The position numbers were made by a program, and so were the translations under genes. A model generated the notes under the pieces. The model did not search any database, had not been told where the DNA came from, and was given only the letters and a program-made list of their open reading frames with translations. DNA of 64,000 bases from Macrostomum lignano (lineage: Eukaryota): positions 170,302 to 234,301 of the forward strand of contig NIVC01001816.1 of assembly GCA_002269645.1 (NCBI GenBank). The letters are read 5' to 3'. Shown here piece after piece: positions 38,243 through 51,461 of this stretch. How positions within the stretch are numbered: position 1 is the first letter of the stretch; each line of letters opens with the position of its first letter.

Positions 38243-41200
38243 ATGAGGCCAGCAAATGTTGCTAGCCCTGAAAATTGTGCCCAGACTGGTAGTATTGATC
38301 CCAATCAAGTAAGTGACGATTGGGAACCACCCCGTTCGGCCAGAGATCACCAGTTGGAGACTGCATATCACCAAGCCTTATGGGATGCTTTGACCTGGAT
38401 TAAAGCATGTACTGGCAAGAAGCAACCCCAGGAACAACAAAGACCATTTCAAATCGGCGAATTTCGCAGAGAAATTAGCGATGGCGTACAACTTTGCGAG
38501 TAAGTTGCATTTAAATATTTTCCCCACGTGGATATAATTACATGACACGTTTTAAAGTATTCTGAAGATCGAGGTAAGCACCGTAATTATATGCATCCCC
38601 TTCCGCCCTTTCTTCAGGCTACTAAACGCTTTAAAGCCAGGAAGTATAAAACGGATTAACCGGCTTAAGATTAGCCTAGCCGCAGGACTGGTAAGAATTA
38701 TTTTGAGGCGCAGTTTGCATCGATTTTTTGTGCCTTTACGTTTGTAACAAGAATTTGGAAAATCAAACTAATTTGTATGCAGTAGGCTTCGAGCTGGTGA
38801 TTGACCAATTTCAATAACTGTTTGAATATCTTAGTCTAATATGAGATAGAAGAGAATGGAGGGAGAGGAATAAGAGCAGAGAAGCTCCCAGAGTTCATTC
38901 TATATATTAACGAGACACACTTGGCTGGTTGGAAATTTTTTGTAGACAGAGAAAGTTTATAATGGCTGAAAGGAGGTGAGCAGGTGCGTCAGAAAGATCC
39001 AACATACATTTATAGCTTGAGCGTGTTGCGAAGCGAAGGGCGTATCAAATTAAGAGTCTAATGAGCGCTTGAGCCGGCTGCGTCTTGCATGGCGAAATTT
39101 TAACATCGCTTAACATAGTTTAAATCGGCATAAGTTCATTTCACAATCTCTTGCAGTGTGAGGCAGAGGGAGAGGCAGATGGATGGGCGGAGGGAGAGGC
39201 AGACGGATGGGCAGAGGGAGAGGCAGAGGGATGGGCAGAGGGAGAGGCAGAGGGAGAGGCAGAGAGAGAGGCAGAGGGCGAGGCAGAAAGAGAGAGGCAG
39301 AGAGAGGAGCATAGGGATAGGCAGATGGATGGGCAGAGGGAGAGGCAGAGGGAGAGACAGAGGGAGAGGCAGAGGGAGAGGCAGAGGGAGAGACAGAGGG
39401 AGAGACAGAGGGAGAGGCAGAGGGAGAGGCAGAGGGAGAGGCAGCAGAGGGAGAGGCAGAGGGAGAGGCAGAGGGAGAGGCAGAGGGAGAGGCAGATGGA
39501 TGGGCAGAGGGAGAGGCAGAGGGATAGGCAGAGGGATGGGCAGAGGAAGAGGCAGGGGGATAGGCAGATGGATGGGCAGAGGGAGAGTTAGATGGATGGG
39601 CAGAGGGAGAGGCAGAGGGATGGGCAGAGGAAGAGGCAGAGGGAGAGGCAGAGGGAGAGACAGAGGGAGAGGCAGAGGGAGAGGCAGAGGGAGAGGCAGA
39701 GGGAGAGGCAGAGGGAGAGGCAGAGGGAGAGGCAAAGGGAGAGGCAGAGGAAGAGGCAGAGGGAGAGGCAGAGAGAGAGGCAGAGAGAGGGGCAGAGAGA
39801 GAGGCAGAGGGAGAGACAGAGGGAGAGGCAGAGGGAGAGGCAGAGGGAGAGGGAGAGGCAGAGGGATGGGCAGAGGGAGAGGCAGAGGGAGAGGCAGAGG
39901 GAGAGGCAGAGGCAGAGGGAGAGGCAGAGGGATGGGCAGAGGGAGAGGCAGAGGGAGAGGCAGAGGGAGAGGCAACTGAAGCAGAGACTGAGTGATGTAT
40001 AAAGGGCTAGGATTAGGTAATAATGAGATTGCATACGGGCTATTACACAATATACTTGCCCAAACACAGCACCCACTAAGCCAAGGAGAAAATTTTCTCT
40101 TTAACAAAACATGCACAAGCCATGGCTGATTCCGCAATTCAAAGCAAAGCAGAGACAATTAGAATAAAAGAAGACTTTCCAGAGGTCTGTCTGTCTGTGA
40201 GAGCGGTTTATTGCTCAAAGTTGGCCAGAAAAAGACAGTGAGAAGAGAAAACTAGATCGTACAGCCTAAGCACGGCTTCAGCAGCCGAAGAATTTAGATA
40301 ACAGTTTTTTTAGCACTCCGCTGTCCGTACGGAGAACTTTCTCTGCATGAAATCTGTTGCTTTTAAAAAATATTATTATCTATACTTCTAGGTTTAATCT
40401 CAGCTGTGACCTACTGTGCATTGGCTTAAAATAAAATACTGCATTTTTCTGTATGCATTCGGCTACCAAACCAGATCATTCTAACGCTTAGAAGTGCACA
40501 AGGCATGGAAAATTAGAGAAAAATTCTAGAAAATTTCAAACATTTCTTTGATCATAAAAATGTTTTACAACGAAGTCATTGGTACTTTTTATGTGCTATG
40601 GTGTACGGTACATTATAGCTTTAGAGTAGCATGAGAGTGCTGTGAGGGGAGATGAGGGGGCAGATGAGAGGGGAGATGAGAGGAGAGATGAGGGGGAGAT
40701 GAGAGGAGAGATGAGGGGGAGATGAGAGGGGAAATGAGAGGAGAGATGAGGGGGAGATGAGAGGAGAGATGAGAGCGGAGATGAGATGAGAGATGAGAGT
40801 GGAGATGAGAGTGGAGATGAGAGGGGAGATGAGAGGGGAGCTGAGAGCGGAGATGAGAGGGGAGATGAGTGAGCAGATGAGAGGGGGGATGATAAAGGAG
40901 ATGAGAGTGGAGATGAGAGGGGAGATGAGAGGGGAGCTGAGAGCGGAGATGAGAGGGGAGATGAGTGAGCAGATGAGAGGGGGGATGATAAAGGAGATGA
41001 GAGGGGAGATGAGAGAGGGGATGAGAGGGGAGATGGAGAGGGGAGATGAGATGAGAGGGGAGATGTGGCGGCATTGAGAAAAGGTTGATTCTTTATTCAT
41101 TTTAAATTTAAAATAAAAAACTCCATTCGATTTGTGTGGACTAAAGAAACAGAAATATTCTCTGAACTCTACTAAAAGTAGAAACACACGAATTTTATTA

Positions 41201-42581
41201 AGTTTCAGTCTAACTCAAAGAAAGCGATGCATTTACATGGAAATAAAAAAGCTTGGCAACCATTGCAGGACAATTTGACAGTTTTCATCAGTGCATGTCA
41301 AAGCACGTTTGGCCAATCAAGACTGTCAATTTTTGAAATTGCGGATGTTGTTGAAGATATTTCTGAGAGATTTCTACCGTAAGTATTGTTTGCAATCAAT
41401 GATTGGTTGTTAGGCATCTAATGATTCTCTCAGACACCTGTCTGAAGCATCTACTACTTCTCTCAGACACCTGTCTGAAGCATCTACTTCTCTCAGACAC
41501 CTGTCTGAAGCATCTACTACTTCTCTCAGACACCTGTCTGAAGCATCTACTTCTCTCAGACACCTGTCTGAAGCATCTACTACTTCTCTCAGACACCTGT
41601 CTGAAGCATCTACTACTTCTCTCAGACACCTGTCTGAAGCATCTACTACTTCTCTCAGACACCTGTCTGAAGCATCTAATTCTCTCAAGACACCTGTCTG
41701 AAGCATCTACTACTTCTCTCAGACACATGTCTGAAGCATCTAATTCTCTCAAGACACCTGTCTGAAGCATCTAATTCTCTTCAGACACACCTGCCTGAAG
41801 CCAAACCAATCTGTGCACTACTAGCTTTGAATAGTAATTCCATCTATTCCACCCTAGCAACCTATGCGACAAGTATCAAATTGCTTTTTATTCCAGAGAA
41901 GAAGCAGCCCGAGAAGACGAACGCAGGTGCAAAAAGGTAAGACAATTGACCCCCTATAAACATTTTTTACTATCATTTTATTTACGCCTCCAATGCTGCT
42001 TTTCTAACACCACGTGGGTAGGGCGTTCTTCTGCACAGGAAATGCTATGAAAGAGAAAACAAACTTGCTGAATTAGGAAAGTATAGACAGAGCACACATG
42101 GCAGGCTTATATTGTTGAATCGACCATTATTATGTGCAGGGAGGGTTGTCAGCCCTGAGAAATAACAACCCACCACACCCTTCTTACCTTCTCTCTTCTC
42201 TCTCTATCTCTCTCGTCTCGCCCACAATGCCAAAGCATTTCGGAGTCTATGACTCGATTCCTAAAAAACTATTCGAGTACAGCATAAGCTGGCATGAGCA
42301 CTTATAATACATTTAGTAGCCCCTATAATCAACCCAGAGCAAGACTCCTGAGCAAGGTTAGCTGTAGCCAATCCAACTTATGTGTATACTTACTGAGGAA
42401 ATAGACAGCAGGGGGGGGGGGAGGCCGCGGACACAGGGCAGAGCTACACAGTCGGTCAGAGGTGTATAAGCATACTCAGACCAAAGCGCAGGCATATTCA
42501 AGTGAGTCTCTCTCTGGCTAGCTGCGAGTGTCAACTGAGCTTCAAAGTTCATTCCTGGCCCAGGACTTGGACTCCATATAG

Positions 42582-42612
<31 letters not shown>

Positions 42613-44938
42613 TGTCAATCTTGACTAGCAAACTTGGTTTTAATTATCGATTGACGTTTAACTGAAAAGAAAGTTAATCATTCTCTCAGATTCTTGACTG
42701 CCTAGTGAGGCTTTACCGACTGCAGCAGCAGCAGCAGCAGCAGCAACTGCCTCAGCTATCATTAGAAGCGCTGCAAGTTGTCCTTGGAGAATCCGCCGCA
42801 GCAGTCACCAGTCCCGTTGATTCTACCGGTCGCCGACAGTCGCTAAGACCGAACAGTTCTGTAGAACCGGCAATTTCAGCAGTCAGCGCTGCCGAGGCTG
42901 CAGACATGGCCAGGAGGCAAGCTGAGAGTAGCAAACAGCAGCAGCAGCAACAAAGGCGTTCCGTCAACAGCTTTGATGATGATGACGATGATGCTGGATG
43001 GTTGGAGGTGAGTTAATGAAGCTTCTCAGTCTGAGTAAACTCAGTCGCCGAGGAAACCAGTCTCTGGGTAACCTAGTCCCTAAGTAACCTAGTCCCTGAG
43101 TAATCTAGTCCTTGGATACCCTAGTCTCTGAGTAACCTAGTCCCTGAGTAACCTAGTCCCTGAGTAACCTAGTCCCTGAGTAACCTAGTCCCTGAGTAAC
43201 CTAGTCCCTGAGTAACCTAGTCCCTGAGTAACCTAGTCCCTGAGTAACCTAGTCCCTGAGTAACCTAGTCCCTGAGTAACCTAGTCCCTGAGTAACCTAG
43301 TCCCTGAGTAACCTAGAATCTGGATACCCTTGTCCCTGAGTAACTTAGTCTCTGAGTAACCAGTCCCTGAGTAACCAGTTTCTAAAACGCTGGGCCCTGG
43401 GTAGCAATACGCAGCCCATGTAGCAAGACAGTCCATGCGGTTCAGCATCGCCACTAGCTACTTCAAGTCTCCCACTTGCCGAACCCTCCTACAGTCTCTG
43501 AGCAACTGGAAGGAGAAGCGTCGAAGGTCGCTGCACAACTCGCTGCCCCGTCTCAACCTTGTCGAGGAGCTTCGTCGGGCTGATGAAGAAGCCGAGACTG
43601 AAGCGGCCACCACCGAGGCCAAAGAAAAAAATCGACCGCTGGCTCAGCGAATGCAGCAAAGGTGGGAGCAAAGTTTTAATTCTAAGAATAACTCACACCT
43701 GTACAGGTACAAGAGTTCCAAAGAAATTTGCTCCAATTCATCCTGGACCGTCTCATATTTTATTGAATGTCTCTCTTTAGCCTGCCTAACATCTGAAGCG
43801 ACTGTCTGTCTCCAGCCTGATTCGTCTTAACTCATCTGTGAGTGATTTGTCTCCATCCTGATTCGTCTTAACTCATCTGTGAGTGATTTTTCTCCATCCT
43901 GATTCGTCTCAACTCATCTGTGAGTGATTTGTATCCATCCTGACTCGTCTCAACTCATCTGTGAGTGATTTGTCTCCATCCCGATCCGTCACAACTCATC
44001 TGTGAGTGATTTGTCTCCATCCCGATCCGTCACAACTCATCTGTGAGTGATTTGTCTCCATCCCGATCCGTCACAACTCATCTGTGAGTGATTTGTCTCC
44101 ATCCCGATCCGTCACAACTCATCTGTGAGTGATTTGTCTCCATCCTGATTCGTCTTAACTCATCTGTGAGTGATTTGTATCCATCCTGACTCGTCTCAAC
44201 TCATCTGTGAGTGATCTCTCTCCATCCCGATCCGTCACAACTCATCTGTGAGTGATTTGTCTCCATCCTGACTCGTCTCAACTCATCTGTGAGTGATCTC
44301 TCTCCATCCCGATCCGTCACAACTCATCTGTGAGTGATTTGTCTCCATCCTGACTCGTCTCAACTCATCTGTGAGTGATCTCTCTCCATCCCGATCCGTC
44401 ACAACTCATCTGTGAGTGATTTGTCTCCATCCTGATTCGTCTTAACTCATCTGTGAGTGATTTGTCTCCATCCTGATTCGTCTTAACTCATCTGTGAGTG
44501 ATTTGTCTCCATCCTGACTCGTCTCAACTCATCTGTGAGTGATCTCTCTCCATCCCGATCCGTCACCACTCATCTGTGAGTGATCTCTCAAACCGCAGAG
44601 CCAAGAGCGTTAACGGTGTTGAATCCGAGTCAGAAGACGAGATTTTCGAGCCGCAACTTGAAGCAAAATCTGCTTCTACTTTAAGATTCGAAACAGACAA
44701 CAGACAGGAAGACTCAAGACTCGATAAAGAGCAAGACAGTATCAAGGACTGCGGCTCTAGTCGACTAGCATCAAAGGCTAATGCCCAAGACGATTTGAAA
44801 AGTTACAACGGAAAATCTTCGCCATTAAATGACAAGCAAAGCCAACCAAAGCGATCAGATGAAGCATCGAGCAGACTTCAAGCTGGAGGTGCGAGGCTCC
44901 AGTTTTCAAAGAAGCCGCCAGCACCGCAACCGCCAACG

Positions 44939-44970
<32 letters not shown>

Positions 44971-47900
44971 ACGGAAGCAGCATCAGCCACCTCCACCGCC
45001 GCCACCACCGCCGCTAAAGCCAAAACCGCAAGCAGCAACGACTCCGGTGACTTCGGCTCCAGCGGTGGACACTGCAGCAACTCTGTCAGCTCGCGAGCGC
45101 CTGTTTCTAAGCAACGGAGACGGTCAACAACAGCATCGAAGTCGGCTTCAGCAGCGACAGCAGCAGCCTTTAGTGAGAAGTCGCAGCACAGATGCTTTGG
45201 ACGCCACGCCATCGGATGATGTAGTTGCAGATCAAGCAGACGACAGCAGAGTGTCCTACTACGGCGGTGCTCGCAGAACCAGCCCGGAGCCAAGACAGCA
45301 GCGGCATGTTCGGCAAATTAAATCTGAGTTCGAGCCTCTGGCTACCAGCAACTTCAGTTCAGCTACGAGAGTTGTGCAGCAGATGCAGCCAGTCGCCAGT
45401 CAGCAGTCAGTGCCAGATCCGATGCCAGGGAATCAGTCTGCAACACCTAGGGCTGTCAAGGTAATTTTTGCATCATATTTTATTTTACTTATTTCAAAGC
45501 ACATTCATTTGAGAGGAGCTGTAAGGCAATTTAGTGTATTACAGGTAGAAGTGCGCATGTAATTAGGTTTGCACGGAACTGGTTAATTAATAATTAACAG
45601 TACCAAGCTTACCTTTAAAAAACAAGACTATGCATGCCCAGATGTAATAAAAAGTTTTTAATTATTGAAGCTAAGGAAATAAAAAGCTCCTTTGAAATCG
45701 AAGGCCTTTTATTATAGCTATAAATTGTACTTTTGCCAAATAAACAAATTGGCTCCTAATTAATATAGTAACTACTTTAAGGTTGCGCGTGTACTACTCA
45801 CGCAGACTTTATTTCCTCATATATTAATTCATTTTACCATTTGATGTTGGTCCATCAGTTCACAGGCGCCAATGAAGAGGTAAAGAAAATGATTTTTTAA
45901 ACCTGCTTTTTATCTTATAAATCAAACGGTTGATTGGTTGCTTTGATTAAATGCGCTACTTTTAATCACGTGTCAGTTTAGATTGGTGATAGGTATTTAC
46001 ACAAGGACTTACATGAGTAATCTACACGGGAATTATCAATACAATTACGATAATAAATCATTCTAAAAATGTATTTTAAACACAAAAACAAAAAATGTAA
46101 TTCAGTAGCTAGACATACAGTAGCCAAATAAAATTTGTACATCGAAGTATTGAAAAAAGTTTCATTTAGACGTAGCTATTGAATAAATTTGGATTTAAAA
46201 GACTCCCGTTAAAATAATTGAGACCATGCAATAAACAATAACATACTCCCCAGTGAAAAATGATTTATGGATTCCACGTGGGTTCCACGTGGCCATGTGG
46301 AATTTAAATGTTTCTTTTATTTTTGCAAATTAATGAATTAAAGATTACATAATGGTACGCAAAGTATTTTTTATGCATTCATTTTCTATTTTTACTATCC
46401 TAATGTAGATGTGGATTTTACAAGGAATTCATCAGAAATACGCGAATATTGATTCAACATGGAATCCACTTCGATAAAAAACAGAGACATACTACATTCA
46501 GATGTTTTTATAAAATTAATTAAATTAATTATTATATTTATGTGCTTTTAAGTAAAACTTAATAACTTTAAGCTAAATTATAATCGAAAAATTAGACGCT
46601 GTTTGTTATAATAGACAAAATAGAAGTGGACAGTAAAAAATGTTTCGTGCTTTTTTAAATTGAATTTATTTTATTTTTATTCGCCAATGTCTTGGTTCAA
46701 GGCCTTGAAAGATAAATTGCCTTGTTTATGGCTATTTAAGCACCTTATAAATTTTAGTAGGCCTTACCTATAGGCAACACTTATAAGGCCATGGCCTCCA
46801 TGGGATTCGAAATTAGATAAATCAGTATTTTTTCATAGATAGGCCTACTTTTGGTAAAATCCATGATAAAATTATTTATCCAATTTCTAGGAATCCTATG
46901 GCCATGCCCATAGCATAGTTTAGATACTCATTTTTAACTTCAATAGGCCTACAGAAGCTCATTTCCTCTTAGTCCTACCTATCTGTTTATATGTATGCTT
47001 ATTAAGCCTATTTTAAGCCATAACTATCAAGTTATGTCTAGTTCTATTTTAATTAAGGTTAGGACTAGCTTGACTTTGTGAATTGAGTAGTCAATCTAGC
47101 TATTCAGTTAAATCTATAAATTATGATTTTCTGCAAGAAAGCCTGTTAGCATCTTTTGGACTTGTTGCATTTTTAAAAACAATGTTATTAGATCTAATAA
47201 TTAAATTCTTTGCAATTATGCTTGCAACTTGCTTTTGGCATAACTAGCCTAGCAACTAAGGTTGTTATTATGAATAAATAATGATTATTGTAAATTTGAT
47301 CAAATGTAGGGCTAGGCCAAGTCTAGAATTTAATAGCCATGGGGCATAATGCCTATTTAGACTTAGGCCTAATGTTTTATCATACTAGCAAATAAATGAC
47401 ACTTGCATTGTTTTGCCTAAAAACTATATGGTCTAGAGCCAATTTTAAAATAAAAAAATTAAATCTATAAACGAATATAATAATAATTTCTATACTCATT
47501 ATTTTATTGGTATTTCTATTTATTGACTTAGGCCTTGTTACTTTTGAAATAGTCTTTATTAAGTATTCATCCTTAAAAGTATACTAATATAATCTATCAA
47601 TCTTAATTGGCAACAACTATTTTTTTGTTTCATTTCAGCCTAACATCATGTGGCTTATCCTAAAACTTGAGTATCACCTTGGTCTTGCCTTTGAAGAAGC
47701 ATGCAGAGCTACTTGGAATTTGAATTTAATATCCAGAATGCTACCTTTTGTGAAGCAGTGGTAAGTTTTAGTTACAAACTGATTTTTTTCTGTCATCAAA
47801 ATGTACATTTATCTGTTATTCACAGATACTAATAAAATTCTGTATTTTAACTCATTTCTTTTCTAAGGTTTCTCACCTGACCTAAAGAAGCAGCATTCTG

Positions 47901-50271
47901 GCAATTGGCAGCAGCTTGTTTCTGAGCATTCTAATTCTGGTGCATTATAATATTGTTAATTAATGCTATTGACAATGTCAGTTTCAAATTATATATTATA
48001 TCATATGCGCAACTCTAAAGGTATCAATATCTACATCAGTGTGTTTATTCTTTGTGTGCCAGTGACTTACTACTGTACATAAATACACCTTACTTATTGA
48101 CATCCTTTTTTGAATATATTTTTGTGCATAAATATTTTTTGGCTTTGGTGTTTTATCTGTGTTTCAGTTTTTTTATATGGTATTGAGATCTAGGGTTTGT
48201 ATGAAATTTTGAGATCTGGTATTATTTTGCAATTTAAGATGCAACAATTTATTATGGCAACCAGTATAATGGCTGCTACTCAATGACAATGTGGATTCTA
48301 TGTGAAATACATAATTACTTCCATGTGGATCTTCGATGTGGAATCCATATCTTGATTCCACATGGATGGACGGAGACAAATGCACATATGGATTTCATAT
48401 GAAAAATCCACATGGAATCCATATCATTTTTTTCACTGGGTCATAAGTCAGTGTAGGTGGTTGATCACTGCATCATTCAGTTTAGTAATCACTGAAATTT
48501 TTGCTGGTAATATTATACCACAAAATCACCAATCAAAACATAAAAATTTCTGTGCCGTACCTTCATGATGAATACTCCGAATATCTATTTATATCTATTT
48601 TTGTTATAATCTCTTGCAACGTGTATATTCACTTATCAAGTACACTCTTTGTTTTTTATAACAAATACATTATTATGCTTAGCTAGCAATACGAGCGTAC
48701 TATATTGATAGATTTAATTTTATTGAAAAAATCTGTAACTAATGCTGATGGGAAATATTTTCTGAGGAGAAATAGTATTACATAAAGTATCTGCCTTGAT
48801 GAATGATTAAACTTTACACTATTTTGGTGTCGGTGATTTAACGCGATAATTTAAATAATTAACGAGCCTGTCCGTTGGATTAACGGGCCTCTTTGTGTTA
48901 TATTTGGTCTTAAAAATTAAAACTTCAGTATTTAAACATCTGCAGAATAATTAACAAGTTTCGTCGTTATAATAATTACGAGTATTCAAATCTTTTTATC
49001 GGATAGGTTGTGAATTAATTAGTGCTTCGCAGTTAATAAAAAGAGATATACATTAATTTGAAGCTGGGTGTGAAATAAATAATAGATTGCATTACTAAAC
49101 AATATTATATTAAGTATTTGAGTTCCTTACCGCACTTCATTCATGTATAGATACACATAGATGTAGTCGACAACTAGTAGGCATCAGTGCAATATTGATT
49201 TCTGACACAGAACCTTTCTTGTACAAATTTTTAATAGTTTTTATAAACGCATTTTAAATATCGCAGCACGTACCACTGCGAGCGGTCAACAATCCTCTGA
49301 TGTTCAGCGCTGAACAAACTGATTTGATGCGCAAGTCCTTGTCAGCAAAAGACTCGGCCGAGCCTGATGCTTTTCGGGTGAGTAATTGTTGGCATGAATA
49401 GAGTGACTTGGTGCTGGTTGCAGGGAGTGACTAGATTCACTGATGCTGGTTGCAGGGAGTGACTAGATTCACTGATGCTGGTTGCAGGGAGTGACTAGAT
49501 TCATTGATGCTGGTTGCAGGGAGTGACTAGATTCATTGATGCTGGTTGCAGGGAGTGACTAGATTCATTGATGCTGGTTGCAGGGAGTGACTAGATTCAT
49601 TGATGCTGGTTGCAGGGAGTGACTAGATTCATTGATGCTGGTTGCAGCGAGTGACTAGACTCATTGATGCTGGTTGCAGGGGTGACTAGACGATCACTGA
49701 TGCTGGTTGCAGGGAGTGACTAGATTCATTGATGCTGGTTGCAGGGAGTGACTAGATTCATTGATGCTGGTTGCAGCGAGCGACTAGACTCATTGATGCT
49801 GGTTGCAGCGAGCGACTAGACTCATTGATGCTGGTTGCAGGGAGTGACTAGACTCATTGATGCTGGTTGCAGGGAGCGACTAGACTCATTGATGCTGGTT
49901 GAAGGGAGTGACTAGACTCATTGATGCTGGTTGCAGGGAGAGACTAGACTCATTGATGCTGGTTGCAGGGAGCGACTAGACTCATTGATGCTGGTTGCAG
50001 GGAGCGACTAGACTCATTGATGCTGGTTGCAGGGAGCGACTAGACTCATTGATGCTGGTTGCAGGGAGCGACTAGACTCATTGATGCTGGTTGCAGGGAG
50101 TGACTAGATTCATTGATGCTGGTTGCAGGGAGTGACGAGACTCATTGATGCTGGTTGCAGGGAGTGACTAGATTCACTTATGCATGCTAAACCTCTTCTC
50201 TACAGAGTATATCAAATGGGGTTGACCTCCCCGGAGCAAGAGACCTGCAGCAACCATATCTGCCGCCCCAG

Positions 50272-50305
<34 letters not shown>

Positions 50306-50715
50306 TGCAGCAATCTTTTCTTCAACCGTCTAATGTCGGTTTAATGAAGATTCTACAGAATCGAGCGCTATTGGAGCAGCATCAGGAGCAGAGGCACAAT
50401 AGACATCTGTGAGTCTCCGAGCTTTGCTCATTCAATTGTAATGACTGTTAAAATACGCCACTTTATTCGCTTAACCACATCTCGACAGCTGTGTGCATCT
50501 TTAAATAAAAATAAAAATATTTGTGGCAGCCCGAAAATGCGTCTGAAAAATATAGTTTGCAAAACGTGGGAAAGCAGCACAATGGATATTACCATGAAAA
50601 TGGCGTTCGCTACGGAAAATCGTAAATACATTGGTTATAAATAGATAATCAAGTTGACGCGATGAGTTTGTGAGTGAATGAGATGCAGTGTGAGGCATAC
50701 AGTCAGTCAGTCAGT

Positions 50716-50813
<98 letters not shown>

Positions 50814-50826
50814 TACAGACAGACAT

Positions 50827-50871
<45 letters not shown>

Positions 50872-51044
50872 GAGACAGACAGACAGACAGACATACAGAC
50901 AGACATACAGACAGACAGACAGACAGACACTAAGACAGACAGATAGACAGACAGACAGACACCCACACAGACAGACAGACAGACAGACACTAAGACAGAC
51001 AGACAGACAGACACTAAGACAGACAGACAGACAGACAGACACTA

Positions 51045-51077
<33 letters not shown>

Positions 51078-51130
51078 CCCACACAGACAGACAGACAGAC
51101 AGACACTAAGACAGACAGACAGACAGACAC

Positions 51131-51221
<91 letters not shown>

Positions 51222-51284
51222 CCCACACAGACAGACAGACAGACAGACAGACACTAAGACAGACAGACAGACAGACAGACACTA

Positions 51285-51317
<33 letters not shown>

Positions 51318-51370
51318 CCCACACAGACAGACAGACAGACAGACACTAAGACAGACAGACAGACAGACAC

Positions 51371-51425
<55 letters not shown>

Positions 51426-51430
51426 CCCAC

Positions 51431-51461
<31 letters not shown>

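Noticed and set aside
39136-40158. LP- and RG-repeat ORFs (RGG-like protein)
   Set aside because: 12-bp intronic purine repeat inside the LIMCH1-like gene.
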